This document shows positions 1-14,714 of a DNA stretch of 64,000 nucleotides, piece after piece (the first letter of the stretch is position 1; each line of letters begins with the position of its first letter). The notes under the pieces are model-generated. The model ran no database searches. It saw only the letters and a program-made list of their open reading frames with translations, and was not told the origin of the DNA. Origin of the DNA: Felis catus (lineage: Eukaryota); contig NC_058368.1 in assembly GCF_018350175.1 (NCBI RefSeq), positions 223,140,001 through 223,204,000 on the forward strand. Direction: 5' to 3'. The position numbers and the translations under genes are program-made.

Positions 1-816
1 TCAAAACCACTGCCTGAATCTGGATGTGAACCTAGAGTAATCACTTCTAGGTGTTCTACATGGCTTGAGTCCCACCACTTTTCACTCTGTGTCCCTTCCT
101 ACTCATAGAAATAATATATCCATCACTGTTCAAGCTCCTTCAATGACTTAAACCACATATACAACACAATTTAAACCTCTAGTAAAGCTGATGAGAATCT
201 TCTTCAGCTGCTTATCACCTCATTATGTGCACATATAAAGCCAACTTTTTAGTCGTTCCTAATGACTTACCATTCTCCAACTTTTTCATTCTCGTATGTA
301 TTACATATTCTCATATCGTTACAAAAGTCTGTAAGTTCTTTCTTTCTTTCTCTACAATGGGGTTACATGGTGACCAGGACAACGCATTCTCATGGTTCAG
401 AACCTTGCTGAAATAACATTTGATCTTTGAAGAGTTTCCTCACCTCTTCCTTTGTTAACCTCATGTTACCCTTTTCGGGTTTCCAGGGACATTTTACAGA
501 ACATTATTATATCATCGCAACTCACTTTTCCTATTAGTTACTTTACATAGCATTTAGTTTAAATGCTTTGATAGCCAGAAGGTATATATTATTTCTTCAA
601 ATAAGCCTAGAAGAATACTAAGCAAAATTGAATTCCAAAGGAAGGTTTTAAAGCAAATAAATGGTATATAAAGAAAGATTAATAAGAAAGCTTGGATTTC
701 AGTCTTTATACAATGGTTAATTTAAGATATTTTGGCAAAGAAATCGTAGTTTCCTGATGAGATCGGATTTTTAAAATATAATTTTGTTTACAGTATGTGA
801 TGGATATTGTGAACCT

Positions 817-1243
817 GTATGTTGAACATTCACCCCGACTAACACCTCTTCTTGTATCGCCTTCCTCTGAAAAGCAAAAACTGCATTTCTCAGATTTGGT
901 TGCATCAAGAGATCCAGGGGGAAGTTAAGTTGATCTTGTCAGTGCACCAATAGCAAGATGCACAGACTTGTGTTCGTTAGAGAGAGGGACCGAGCATTTC
1001 GTTGACTTAGATCACAGACAGTATGATCGTGCAGTGCTTTGCTGTCCTGATCAAAGCTGATCCTGCTTCTTTGGTGACCCAGTTTGGTGGTGTAGTTTTG
1101 GAGATCTTCATGGAAGCTCAGACTTTAAAGCACCATTGAAGATTCTGGGAGCTGTCTGTACCACTTGCTAAATCCCTTTCTTCCTTAGGTAGAATGGATT
1201 TATTTATTTATTTTTTTTTATAACTGAGAACATCAGCCAATGA
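817..1243 (+). mobile_element. Ancient ERVL/MaLR-type solo LTR (LTR33/MLT1-like)
   Basis: Starts TGTGATGG, contains AAAACTGCATTTCTCAGA and ends AAATCCCTTTCTTCCTTAG..AGAATGGATT..AACTGAGAAC, resembling ERVL LTR consensus ends. Confidence 0.5.
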
Positions 1244-3783
1244 AAAATGTAAACAAGTAACAGCAGAAGACAAAGGGTCCAACAAGTACCGTTACTTACC
1301 GTTGAGATATGGTGGGGGCCGTGCAACGCAAAGCTGAGGACTATGAATATTAGACTGCGGGAATCCATTGAAGTCGTCTTTGAAATAAAGATATGACTAA
1401 AAATTGATTGACCGTGGAAGGAGGATGTCAAAGAAGATGTCAGAGCAGAATGATGTCATCGACATAGAAAGGAATTTCAAGCGGAAGCTGGTATTCGGGG
1501 CAAAGCTTTAGTATATTTTAAAGTAAAAAAAAAAAAAGTGTAGCCATTATTCAACGTAGATTCTGTGGAAAAAAACCTGATATTTCTACAAGGGTTAAAA
1601 TGGATCCTTTTCCTACCTGATGTAAACTTATCAACACCAAATATTACAAGGTCTGTGAAAGATGCTGGAAGGTAATGATTTTATACACTTGAGTAGAAAT
1701 ACAGACATTGAAAAATCAAGTCAATTATATATGCATGACATTTTTGCCTTTCTACTTTCATAACAGACTTGCGTAGAATTCTCTTACATCCACAAACTAT
1801 ACAAAATATATGAAACCTTTGGAATCCTTTGATTTTTATCCCTAATTTTCATTCTTTAATTTTTTTTTTCCTTTCAGGATTTGTTTAAATTGTTATAACT
1901 CTTTCCTAAGTGAAAATTTATTTTTAAACTGTAAAATAATTTTTAAGGAAAATATTTGGAGGGCTACCTACTTGCCCCTTAAGGTTAAAGGTGTGGATCT
2001 TGTTAAAATATGTGGCAAATAATGTCTTTTTGTATCTGTCCTATGCTTATTACCAAATATTGTATGTTTATTTAAGCCTTGATGACTCTTTTATATTATT
2101 TTTGGGGTCCCCTCAAGATCAGATGGCAATGTAATTCATCTAAACATTGGAGTAAAAACAGATTCAGTTTTATTAGATTTTATAGAATCAATATATTTCA
2201 TAATCCTTATGTTGGAAAATTCGCTCCCAGGTCTCACCCGCTATTTTCTTATTATAAAACTATTTTCATTGAATCATTTCACTAAAATGAGCACTTGAAA
2301 AACGTGACGTAGCAACAGAGAAACAACAGGTCTTTGCTAACTATGAATTGAATGGAGTAGTTGATATCCAGGATGTTTCATAGTGTTTAAGTCATAAAAA
2401 ATAGGTTTTCAGTGAAACACAGATTACCAGCGGGCAGTGGAGGAAGATGTGGATAATAAGAACAGATTAATAGTTGCCTTGTGATTACTCCTTTGCAAAC
2501 ATAAAAAGTGAATTGCCTTGTGATATCCCGAAAGTGATTATTTTCTGGGGATAAAATCCCCTTAACCACACTGTTTTTATTAAGCAAGTATTTATCAACT
2601 GCTGCGTGTATGACTTCAGCATATTGGAGGAAAAAAAAATGTGTATCTGTTGCCAAATTCCTGTAATAGTTTGTAATTCTCCACTGTTCTCATTCAGTGA
2701 AAATACTTAGAGCCATAAAAGAGCACACGCATTCTGTATTACTATATGTAAACTATTCATTCAGAAGTGAGCCCTCTGTCAATTTTAAACAAACATGCCT
2801 TAACTTTAGCTACTCTGTTTTGTGCTCCAAATGACCTTATCATTCTTATTTTGTTGTCTAGATACAAATCAGCACAATATTCATTCCTTGTTTAGTGATG
2901 TTTTCTTGGTGCTTATAGCCATGAAAATACCAAGGCATTGTTTAACTTTGCAAGTTTATTAGCAACGTCCTGCTTTCAGATAACTCACTTAGCAGTCTTG
3001 TATCTAACATCTAGACACTTTATTTTTGCCTGATCTAAATGGTTCAGTTGCTCATTTTCCTTCCATGGAAGGAAACTCTTCTTCTCACTTTCATTGTTTT
3101 ATTAATTGTACCTGTAACCTTAAAATATTGCTTTAGGAAACCTATATAAAAATAACTAATGTACCATAAATATCTCATCACTTTTATTTTCTTAAGCTCC
3201 TTCACACCCAAATATTAGAAACTCTTTATAATACAGAATGTCTCACTTCACGTACAATGAACTTTTTATCATATCTACTCATAAGCAAAGCTCAATAAGC
3301 AAAAAAAAAAAATATCTAAGTGGCAACGCTTTTCATGTTCATTCTATTCTGGGCAGCAGAATCTTGTGTCAAGAAGTCATACCATGGAGCCTAAAAGCTA
3401 TCTATTTATATTGTATATTAGGCCTCACTTCACTTAAAATTATCCTTGTGTCTCTAGACTTTCCTAGATCTATCTGAGTCCACATCTGTATAATATGTGC
3501 CCAACAGGAGAGGAGTGAAGTGCACAGGCTCTGTATCTGGAACCCCTGAATTGGCCCTTTGGGCCCCCCTCTGGGTGACATTGGCAAGTTAACCTCCCAG
3601 CAGTTAGGACCAGCCATGAACAAAAGGGTAACAAGAATACCTTCCTCATCTTGTTATTAGATTCAAATGGTAAATACTCTAAAGTGTTTATTAATATTCT
3701 GACAAATACTAAGCCCCCATAAGTCTCTCTTAAGCCACTGTTAAGTCTCTGTGTAATTGAAAAACTTGGTTTTCCACCTTCCG

Positions 3784-4714
3784 TGTTGAGAAAAACCCAT
3801 TTCTTTCCTACTGTGTCTTTCTTTCACCTGAGTATCTCCTTTACTACTCGCACAAACACTTCACTACTGACACTTTTGGTTACCAAATGTGTGGCGGTTA
3901 TTTTCACATAGAAAACAATTGTCTGAAACATCACCTGGGTGTCCTACAACTGAATTCTACCCACAGCTAGTGTCAGATTGTCTGGGCTACGCCCCAGTCC
4001 CATAAGACTTGCCCCTCCCGATGCCAAACACAAGTAGTAAGGTCCCACGTTACCCACAACTTCTTTTCAATTTGGCTACACATTGGAGGTTCTCCCCTCA
4101 GGTTTGATTAATTTGCAGGAGTGGCTCACAAAACCCAGAGAAACATTTAACTTACCTTTATCAGTTTATTAAAAGATATGAAGAAGGATACAGATGAACA
4201 GCCAGCTAAAGAGATACATAGGGCAATGTCTGGGAGGGGCCCAAGTGCAGAAGCTTCTGTCCCCATGGAATTGGAGTCTATCACCTTCTGGATATGTAGA
4301 CGTGCTAACAAACTTGGAAGCTCTGAGTCCCATATTATTGGGATTTTTATAGAGGCTTCCTCCTGCAGGCATGATCAGCAACTAAATCCAAGTCTAGCCT
4401 CTCTCCCCTTTCTCGGCGATGAGGAGTGGCGCTGAAAATCCCAAGCTCCTAATCTTGGCTTGGTTTTTCCAGTGGCCAGCCTCCATTCAGGAGTCTGCTT
4501 AGCCACCTCAATAAAACAGAAGTTGTTCCCCCAGCAGTCTTGTCAGTTAGGGATTTATAAGGATTTTAGGAGCCCTGTGTCAGGGACGGGGTCAAAGACA
4601 AATACTAGAATAGGTGCTCCTAGTGTTCTTATCACTTAGGAAATTACAAGGGTTTAGGAACTCTGTGCCAGAAACCAGGGAAGTGGAAAGATCAATATAT
4701 GTATTTTCTATGCA
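3784..4714 (-). mobile_element. MER21-like LTR
   Basis: Reverse complement reads CCCTGGTTTCTGGCACAGAGTTCCTAAACCCTTGTAATTTCCTAAGTGATAAG; internal GATACAGATGAACAGCCAG..GAGATACATAGGGCAA..GCTTCTGTCCCCATGGA is typical of MER21. Confidence 0.75.
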
Positions 4715-4758
4715 CGCTCTCTTCCCCTACCCTAAATCATTCTCTCTCGCCTTATATT

Positions 4759-4986
4759 TTATTTTTCTCTAATTTTTTCAATGTTTATTTTTGAGAGAGA
4801 GAGAGAGAGAGCAAGCTGGGGAGTGGCAGAGAGAGTGAGAGAGAGAGGAAGACACAGAATCCAAAGCAGGCTCCAGTCTCTGAGGTGTCAGCACAGAGTC
4901 CAACGTGGGGTTCAAACTCACGGGAAGTGAGATCATGACCTGAGCGGAAGTAGGAGGCTTAATCCACTGAGCCACCCAGGCGCCCC
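4759..4986 (-). mobile_element. CAN-SINE (SINEC_Fc-like)
   Basis: T-rich tail, (GA)n, body ending GCCACCCAGGCGCCCC; imperfect TSD TCGCCTTATATT/TCACCTTAGATT. Confidence 0.95.
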
Positions 4987-5214
4987 TCACCTTAGATTAC
5001 AGCCTTGTTTTAAAATCTTGTTGAGAATGTTGAACTAATAGGATCTATAGAGACCTATGCACTCGTTTACCATAGGTACTCCTAAATAATCCGCCCTTAA
5101 GGATAAGGCATGGGGTCTAGTTCTGGTTCACTAAGGGGAGTGATAAATCTTAACAGCGTACTTAAGAGAAGAATTTCTATCTACTTGCTTTCCTATTCTG
5201 CTGTTTTTCCTTTC

Positions 5215-5412
5215 TTATTTTTTTATACTTTATTTATTTTGAGAGAGAGGGTGAGCAGGGGAGGGGCAGTGAGAAAGGGAGAAAGAGCCAAGCAGGCTCC
5301 ATGCTCTCCGTGCAGAACCCGATGCAAGTCTCCATCTCAAGAACCATGAGATCGTGACCTGAGCCCAAATCAAGAGTGAGACACTAAACTGACTGAGCCA
5401 CCCAGGAGCCCC
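5215..5412 (-). mobile_element. CAN-SINE
   Basis: TTTATTTATTTTGAGAGAG...GAGATCGTGACCTGAGCC...GCCACCCAGGAGCCCC. Confidence 0.93.
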
Positions 5413-8229
5413 CTGCTCTGTTTTTCTTATTTTCATTATAAGACCTACCTAGAGATGTCCACTTCTTGCTTTAAGACCCAAGAAACTAAGACTTTTTTTT
5501 TTTTTTTGCTTATCCACTTTTCCAAACTATTTCTCTTAAATATGGTGTCTTTCCTAATCTGTTTCTATAGAAAGAACTCGTCCTTATATGCTGCCTCAGT
5601 TGCTGACCACTAATGTGATACCACAATATTCTCTTTAGAGTTGCCAGACGACTAAGGCAGCCACTCAAACATGTATGTGTTATCGGAAGTTTAGTAATTT
5701 TTTTAAGTGTAAAGGAAATTTTAATTTTACATTATGTGGGTTTTGAAAATTTTCTGTTTTTGTAACATTGTTTTCTTTCTTTTTACAAATGAAAATTCAT
5801 CTTTTAATACCTTTTAATGGTTTTGAAATTGCTTTGTTGAAACGTTAGTCTAATATTATTCATTAAAATTGCATTTCTTTCCTCAGTGGCAAAAGAAAGG
5901 GAAATGAGATATATAACCAAAAATAGCAATTTTGAATTTTTGTGTTTTGTTCCCCTAGAAATGACAATGTCCTTATAAAGAGAATTTAGAGAGGACTTGT
6001 ATTTCTTTCCCAGGTTGGCAATGCAAAGGCCTGAATTTAAAAGAAAGAAAAGAAAAGAAAAAGAAAAAAGAAAGGTTACTCTTGATTAGCCAAAGCCAGT
6101 TTTCCAAGGAAAATAACTTCCTTAAGTATTTGAGTTTTTTCAGTGCATATTTAGTCCTTCAGAAATACATTGTTTGGAATATTAGTTGATACTTTAAGTG
6201 ATGCTTTTAATTAGGAGAAAAAATCTTCAATTGTTTCTCCAAGGAATTTTGAAAATGTGTTTTGAAATTCTTGACAAGGTGGATGGTTATCTTTTGACAT
6301 TGCCAGTTACTCAAAAAAGGAACATGAGACATGAAAAGGAAAAAAAAAAACAAATGAAAGACATTGCTGTTTAATTAAAAACGTACATTTATAATATTCA
6401 TAATTATTGGTGTTTTCTCTTGTAGGCAATTTGAATGTGACTTGGAAATTATAAACTGGTCCCTGGGCCATGGCATATAGAGACAAGCCTATATTCATAC
6501 ACAAGTAGAACTCATGAATTAAAGTAGAAGCCTGCAACCAATCCATGCCCAGAAATTTAGAAAAAGTCAAACACAAAATTAATCTCCTACATTCCTCCTG
6601 GTACAGAGTCTAGATAATATACCATTCACTTAAAATTGGACCATGAAAGTCTGTCTACATCTCTTTGCGTGTCTGTTAAAACCAGCACTCAGACTGTAAA
6701 TACATAGTGTTGAGTTTTGTTGATGCAAAGATTTTTTTTTTTTGAGGATCTCAGATGAACAAGTAAAGTTCAGTACCTTCTCTTTCTACTTTTACCGCTG
6801 ATTGTCCTTCCACATTTCTATCAAGACCCACAATCCCTTGATTTAATTCTGTCCTCTCTTAGCTGCACTTCCTAAGGACAGAAGACCTCATTTGTCTATA
6901 ATTTCATTCAATCTTATGAATACCAACTTTACACCCTTGTCTTTTTACCACATCATGCAGTCCAGATACCTACATGTTGATTAGTAAAATTATTTACCAT
7001 TCTGCTGGTGGAACACAAACTCATTATCTCCAACGCATACCGGGAAAACTCAATAATCCCTAGCAACCTTTCATGATTTCCCTATTCAGCTGTTACATCA
7101 TAATTCAGTTCTCCTGTTCTCTGTAAGAGAGTGGTAACTGATTATCCGATCCAACTCAGTAGGTGCACAACAATGAACATTCACATATTAGTTAACATTT
7201 TAAAGTGATATATTAATTTAAATATGCTCACTTTTCTTTTCCATGTGTATAAACATGAAATTGATCTTTTTCTCTTTTCCTAGATCCAACACTCTGATAG
7301 TTGACCAGGCTTTTGCTGCGATTCTAATGCATGACTGTCTGTATCTCTGAGATATAACTATGCTCCTGATCCTTAGTACATGCTGTTTTTACTCCCATAT
7401 CCTTCTGATGGGTGGTCTATGTCCAATCACTGTAACATCTAAGAGAGCTTGATTTCTCTCATATCCAGTTCAGGGTACAGAGTAAATATTGGGTCACACT
7501 TTTTTGTCATTTTGGGACCTATGAGAAATTTAGGGAAGCCAGCCTATTGTCTCACAGCTAAAGATGGCCTATCTCCAATTCTGAGCCAGAGTTTGTAATC
7601 AAAGTGAACTGCAAATCTATAATTCACGATGATTCTAGGAGATACTATCATAAGCCCAGGTTCATCCTACTAACGTCCCCAGCATGCTTCCTCCTGTTGA
7701 TTCTTTTGTTCCAGTGCATTTCTTTTCCTTTCATTTTATCTCTGACTCTGTAGAAGTCCATTGCTCCACCGTCCACTCTAGAAGAATGTGTGTGTCCTGG
7801 GTTGCTGAGGGATAATCTCTACCTGAAAAGAGAATGTCAGAGCTTGGACAAATCTCTCTCCTAACCAAATGGTCAGCAGTTTAACAAGTCACTATCATCA
7901 GATACTTTTCTTGTTATCAAGAAAACAAATACAATGCACACTTGCCTCCCTCCACCTGCCTCATCGGTGCTAATCTGGGAATGGTACTTTCTGAAACTGA
8001 GGCTCCCACTTTGTGGATTCACACTTCTACTCCACTTCCCTATCCACAACATTGTTAATCCTGTCTAGTGTTAGAGAAAAAAAAAATGACTGTAATAAGA
8101 TCGACTTGCTAAAGATTCATGACTGTTTCTTACTTTCTTATGCTTAGCCTTTGGCTTTTTTTTTTTTTTTTGAAGCTTTGACTTTTTAACTTCATGTGCA
8201 AGTAAGTAATTGTATCTTTTGCTTTCTTC

Positions 8230-8600
8230 CTACACAGCCAAAACTTAGATCTAGTTGTTTGCTTTGGAAAGTTTTGGCTGTCTCATGCCTTCATTACGTG
8301 ATTATCTCTTGTCCACCCTTCAGGTATCAACACGGTACATCTTCTCTGGGGAGATTTTTCCATTCCTCTCAGACTGGATTAGATGCCTTTTCTGGAAGAG
8401 TTCTTATCCTGACTTCATCAGATCATAGCAAAACTTATCACATTGACAGCATTAAACCTCTACCTTCTGTTTCTCTCTTCTCCAGTAGACCATAAGATGG
8501 CTTGTGAGCAGAGGCTGTGGATTTTTCTTCCTTCTAAAATCATAAGCAGGACTTAGCACAGAGCCTTCACTTATAAACATTTTGAAATGCAGTTGAATAT
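8230..8600 (+). mobile_element. L2 LINE 3' fragment (degenerate)
   Basis: CAGTAGACCATAAG..TTGTGAGCAGAGGCTGTG..CTTAGCACAGAGCC..GTTGAAT resembles the L2 3' end. Confidence 0.45.
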
Positions 8601-9286
8601 TAACTGTTGGACTTGACTGCCCTCATTGAATTTGAAAGTATGGTAGTCCTATGCTTCCCTGGCATATTTGGAGAACCCCTACTCTGATCTTCTCTAAGTA
8701 TCAGAGAAATGCTGTGAATATTCTGTCATTGGCATTTTCATACAACCACATTCTCTAAAATGACACATTAAGCAGCAGGGTATCTGTTGACTTAAATAAG
8801 TAATCTAAAAATATTTTGGATCTCACCATAAACAACTTTTCTAACTCTTCACAGCATTTGGGGAAAAGCACATCAAAAATACAGTTGGCTGCATAAAACA
8901 AAGTGACAGTCTAATTTTAGTTCTCAAAATACAGATATAAAAGTAGTTACAAAGGAAATTGTGGGTTCCCCAAAGGTTTGGTTTTAAAAATAGTTTGATA
9001 GGTGTAAATTTAAATGTGCATGTTGTATCCTGAGGCTTGTTTGCAACGTCTATGTTGAAATGTGTAACTCTAAATTGAGGAAATGATGAAACAGAAGACT
9101 TCACTATTTTATATGGCTGGTATCTCTAAATAAAATTCATCATGATATTTGCCAATAAATATAAATAAACAGAATCAGATATCAAGAGGCCTTGAAAATA
9201 ATCTTTTTCTTCCTTAACATCTTGGACAATAAAAGGTTCACAGACTTTCTAAATTGGTTAGTCATCAATCGGATAAGTCCTATTTT

Positions 9287-9310
9287 GTTTTAAAGGTTTG
9301 TTTATTTTTG

Positions 9311-9352
<42 letters not shown>

Positions 9353-9520
9353 ATGAGAGAGGCGGAGAGAGAGGGAGATACAGAATCCAAACATCCGAAA
9401 CAGGCTCCAGGCTCTGAGCTGTCAGCACAGAGCCCGACATAGGGCTTTAACCCACGAAACCATGAGATCATGATCTGAGCAGAAGTTGGAGGCTTAAGCA
9501 ACTGAGCCACTCAGGTGCCC
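9287..9520 (-). mobile_element. CAN-SINE (SINEC_Fc-like)
   Basis: (GA)n and a full body; TSD ATAAGTCCTATTTT/ATAAGTCTTATTTT; small internal duplication ATCCAAAC/ATCCGAAAC. Confidence 0.95.
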
Positions 9521-11259
9521 TGAATAAGTCTTATTTTTGAGCTATGATGGAGAACTTATCAGGGTCACAACCATCAGCCCATTTCCTTAGAATACCAGTG
9601 ACAACCCAGTGGGATGGGAACCCAGTGACAACATTCCTCGTGTGGAACATGGACCCTAGTGACCATATTCTACAGCATTTGAACTATCAACTGCTTGATT
9701 GCCTTTGCAGTAGGAAGCAGTAGCATTACTTCACACATTGTAAGCAAGTTCATATGTGTATAACTACAGGATCATATGTAAAGATTGATATGTGAAAGTT
9801 GACAAATTGTTTTTCCTTTTTAGATACACTTATAAAAATAATAACTTATTAGTAGCAAATACTTATAAAGTTCTAGTATCATTCCAAAATGATTCTATTC
9901 ACAAGGAATCTTTACTGGAAAACTACTAAGGGCATTGAGAATTGGTGGTCATTTTGGAGAATGAAAAAAAACAACAACAACCTTCACCTAGGCATTGACT
10001 GAGGTAGAGGGGGTGATCTATGGTGATTCTTCAGTATTTATTGTTTCTGCAGAATAGTAAACCTCAACTCCAAAGCACTTCCAAAGAATAAAATTGGAGA
10101 AGGTACAACAAACAGTATATTTTTGATGAGTTTGCTCATGGGTTCCTATTTTTAAATGACATTGGTTCCAGTGACTTTTTTTAAATTTGCATTATCTCCA
10201 GACTTTTCAGTAATTTAAAATGAGTTCTAACCTTCACTGTATCTGTTTAGGGAAGACAAGTCTTAACTTCTAACAATAAAAAGCAGAATTTGAATAATGC
10301 TGGAAGTCTCTTTCAAGCTAGTTTTTTCTTCAAGTGTGGAATGTGTTTTAAACATTGGAATATCATCACATATATATGAATGCCTCAAACATACAAATAT
10401 CACAGTGATTCGCAATTATTTTTCTTTTAAGACATTACTTCACTGACATAGATAAGAAATCTAGAGTATAGTTACATAGGACACACTTATTAGACTAGAG
10501 GATATTTCCTACAATGCTCAGAAATATTTATCATGTTGACATTGTCTTAATAAAGTGTTTACTCAAGTAACTTTAATAAGTAATAGAAAATTAATTATAG
10601 ATATTATTATATGACAATACATGAATGGGAAGTTCAGAAGTCATTTTAGTCTCCCTGGGAAGCTTCTTGATGTGTCCTCCAAGTAAGAGAATGCAACAAA
10701 GTCTCATTTTATTTTGCCTGTTCTTCTGGGATCTAAATCGATGACTACAGAGGAGTTTTGTGATATCATTACAAAGCAGCAAAAGGAATTTGCTTCAGGG
10801 AGAGTGCTTTAGTGACAAGCATGGAAATGGTTATATAAGAACCCTACAAATTTGACTCTTCTGGTATCATGCCCAATTTTGATCTCTCCTAGTCCAAACA
10901 AAACATTTTATGATGCTTACTGTACTTTTGCTTATGTTCTCCTTTCTAGACTAAAATGACCTCTCCAACTTCTTTTCATAAAAAAAATTCTCCTTATCCT
11001 TTCTATCCCCACTTTTCTTTGAAATCATTTTAGATTCCATTATTAAGAACTAAACCCTCTGTCAGTATAGGTAGACATATTCCTTTTTAGAACACATAAA
11101 CTATTATAAATATCTTCTTAACTCTCAGTGTCCTTATACAATTTCAGATTAAACAATAATTAAATAACCATGCTTAGTCTTGAATGTCAAAGCAAGGACT
11201 TCCCTCTTTATTTTAAATCAGTTGAATGAATCAAAGGGGGTTAATAAGGTAATCAATAA

Positions 11260-12200
11260 ACATCAGGTTTATATTTGAAATCACTCTAATGTAGTGAGTA
11301 GAATAGTTTGTATAGGAATAACGGTCAATGTGCAGAGACCAGTTAAGAAATTATTTCTGTAATTTTGGGGAGAGATGATGATAAATTGGACAAGAAGCAT
11401 GTTGGCTGAGATAGAAGGCAGTGAAAGGAATTGGAATGCTATTTGTGGGGCAAAATGATGGTATGTGATAACACACTAGATGTATGTGTGGTAAGGGAGG
11501 ATGAGATGAGTTGGTAATAAAAGGTGATCCATTGAGTTCATGAAATGTGTGATTGCCTCAATAATAGAACCTCTCATTGAAATAGGAAATTGTAGGGAGA
11601 AGGCCAGAGTTGGGGGATGAGATCATTATCTCATTCTAGATAATGCTAACTAGAATGCTAACTTTCTAGAATGCTAGCATTCTAGAATGCTAACTTTGTG
11701 GCATCTTAAAAATCCAATGAAATGTTCAAACAGCAGTTGTATATACAGGTCAAAGCAGAGGCATTGGCTAGAGATATGCACGGGAGAGTCATCCCTGGAA
11801 AGAAATTGGGTGAAGCCCGGTCTCTGACAAGATTGCCTAGGTTTGAGTACCAACCAGGAAACAAAGGAAATAGTCATGAGGAATTGGAACACTCAAACAT
11901 GGGGAAGAGCAAGCTTGCAAAGGAGTTTGAGAAGGTGCAATCAGAGATGGGAGTAAAAATAGAAAAGCACTTTGTCTCGAAAAGTAAGAAAATAATGGTT
12001 GTGTGAAAGCCTAGTTGGCACTACTGAAAATTCAGATGAGGATTAAAATATGTCCTTTGGAATGATCTAGTACTCTTTGTGAGAAATTAGCATGGTGGAA
12101 TGAGGGCAAGAGAAGCCAGATAAAAATGATCTAAGGAGATGGTAGAAAGGTTAAGGAAAATAATATACGACTTTTCAAAATGTGCAGTAAATGGAGGATA
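11260..12200 (-). mobile_element. L2 LINE fragment
   Basis: Purine-rich + strand with L2 hallmarks AAATCACTCT..AGAGACCAGTTAAGAA..GAGAGATGATG..GCAAAGGAG. Confidence 0.6.
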
Positions 12201-12446
12201 GAGAATATTCTATCATTATCCATGCAAGTTCTTTGGGGGTCAGTTGATACATCTGCCAAGAAGAGGAAAAAATAAGTTTGCACTTTGTTATTTAAAATTC
12301 ATTATTAATATGATGGACCAATAGTGTAAAAAACAAACATAAAGAGATAGAATAGTTCTAATCCAGAAAAATAAAGTTGCAGCCATCCCAAATTTATTAA
12401 ATTTGTAAATATTTTATCTTTGAAAATGGGGTATTATCAACCATGG

Positions 12447-12449
<3 letters not shown>

Positions 12450-12493
<44 letters not shown>
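12450..12493. repeat. (GA)n microsatellite
   Basis: Pure AG dinucleotide run of about 21 units. Confidence 0.95.
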
Positions 12494-12495
<2 letters not shown>

Positions 12496-13863
12496 CAGTT
12501 ATTAGCATTGTCCATCCATAAACGAGTTGTCTTGGCCAGGTGTTACTATATTTTGGAGAAACATGAATTATCTTAGTTTGATGCAATTAAAAATGTGAAT
12601 GATATTAACTACTTGTGCCCCTTTTTGTTCTTATAAAGCTATCTTTTCATAACAATATGACTTCTTACTCTGCTTCAACTGAGTAAGAATAGATTCTTGT
12701 GTGAACTTGCAATTTTGGTCTCCATAGTACTTGGGGTTTTCTATATACATTAACCCATCTCTATTCTGATTTCATATATCATTCTTGTGATCTTGGTTAA
12801 TGGCAATTTTGTCTTGAGAAATGGGCCTGTTCTTAGTTGATAATGGAATCAGATTTCTAAATACATAGATGTAAGAACTGATTCCAGAACCCAGCTAGTA
12901 AATGGAGGTGTAGCCCTCCAGGAGAGCAGATGGGAAGAAACTATGACATAGAGTCCTCTACATTTAACATCCCTTATTGGATATGAGGTGTCCCTTATTT
13001 CCATTTTCACATTTCCAAGTCTGCAACTCATGTATCATTTTAAGTACTTTGTGGACAGATAGCATTTATTTTCTAGAGCACCTAGCAAATTGCTGTAGAC
13101 ATATTGACTACTGAAAATAAAATAAAAAATTTAAGTGTTTATATAATTTTATTGATATGAATTTGGGCATAGGCAGGGTGTTATTTGCTTGGCAGCCAAC
13201 TTTGTATTTAATAGGCATTATCCATTAACTTACTGAATTCTCTTGCGCTGGAAATTAAAACCCTGAGGGGCAGGATATTGTTGTAAATATGATAGACTTT
13301 CAAAATCTTGGGCTTTAATGGGTAGATATTAGCTAAAAATGAAAAAGTTCTGTGCTGTAGTTGGATTCTTTAGTGGAATTAACATTCATGTGAAGCATGG
13401 TTGTTATATACCCTCAAAGAACAGATTGCCCATAACATGCTCTGTTTGTGATGGGATATTAAAGACCAGCTCTCATAATTTTTCACTCCACATTTATAGA
13501 TTTGTTTCTGCTGACAGAATACTGGAAATGTAATTAAATGTTTAGTTTAATTAAAATAGAAAATAAAGCCTTGTTCTCAGAAATCCACACAGCCCCCAAA
13601 AATAGCAAACATGAGTGATTATGTATCTCAAAAGAGTGTATGCTGATTTTCTACTTGTATATATTTTTGTAATGCTCACATACAATTATACTTGTATATT
13701 GCATAATCTGCAAAGCAAACTGTGCTTTGTCATCACAAAAAAGCATATCCAGAATAAATAGGATGTGTAGAATAATAGTACATATATGAAAATTGGCCAA
13801 GTTTTGATTATCATATTGATGGAATGTGTTATATATTGAGAAACTCACAAAAGATGTATCTAC

Positions 13864-14172
13864 AGTAGGGGTCAGCTTTTTTTGTTTGTTTCTTTGTTTG
13901 TAAAGTACCACATAGTAAATGTTTTTGGCTTTCTCAGCCATATGGTCTCTTGTCAAACTACTGTATTGCTATAGCAGGAAGGCAGCCATAGAATGTAGTT
14001 GAATGGGTATGCCTATGTTCCAGTAAATCTTTATTTATGGACACAGAAATTTGAATTCCATATAATCACATTTCATTAAACAATAACCATTTAAAAATGT
14101 CAAAAACAAAACCAAAAAATTCTAGGCTCACATTCCATACAAAAATTGGCATAATTTGTCCGCCACTCTTTG
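13864..14172 (+). mobile_element. MER58(B)-like hAT-Charlie DNA transposon
   Basis: AGGGGTCAGC..TGTAAAG..ATAGTAAATGTTTTTGGCTTT..GCAGCCATAG..TGTTCCAGTAAATCTTTATTTATGGACAC.GAAATTTGAATT. Confidence 0.75.
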
Positions 14173-14714
14173 GTCTACACACATGCAAATGCATGTACTT
14201 ACATACATACACACACTCACACACACACACACCACTATTTACAGTAAGGTGTTTCACTTCACACTATTCATTAAACCTCTTGATTTCACCTTCTGCTCTC
14301 CTCTGCATTGCTCATTCTGGTCTATCCATTTTGCTTTTTGTTTGTTCTCCTCTCCCATGAACACTCACTTGATCATTTCCATATTTTGAGACACACCTAA
14401 AAATTTCTCCCACATTCAAAAACTTTTAGAAACATTTTACTGTAAACTTTTCTCAGCATTTTAAGTGCTAATATTTCATAACATAATTTACTTAACAGAT
14501 AGTTCATACATAGATCAGCTTATTACTATGTTTTTATGGAAACTTGTCTAAATTAACACTCTGATCTTAAATATTTATGGGATGTATTTTCAATATATAT
14601 CAGATTAGAGTCAGTATGTATTTTTTATTACAAATGGTTAGTCAGTTGACCTTCTATAGTTAACCGAATATTGCACCTTTCCTTTTCCAATTTTCTTTAA
14701 TTTTTTGTTTGTTT

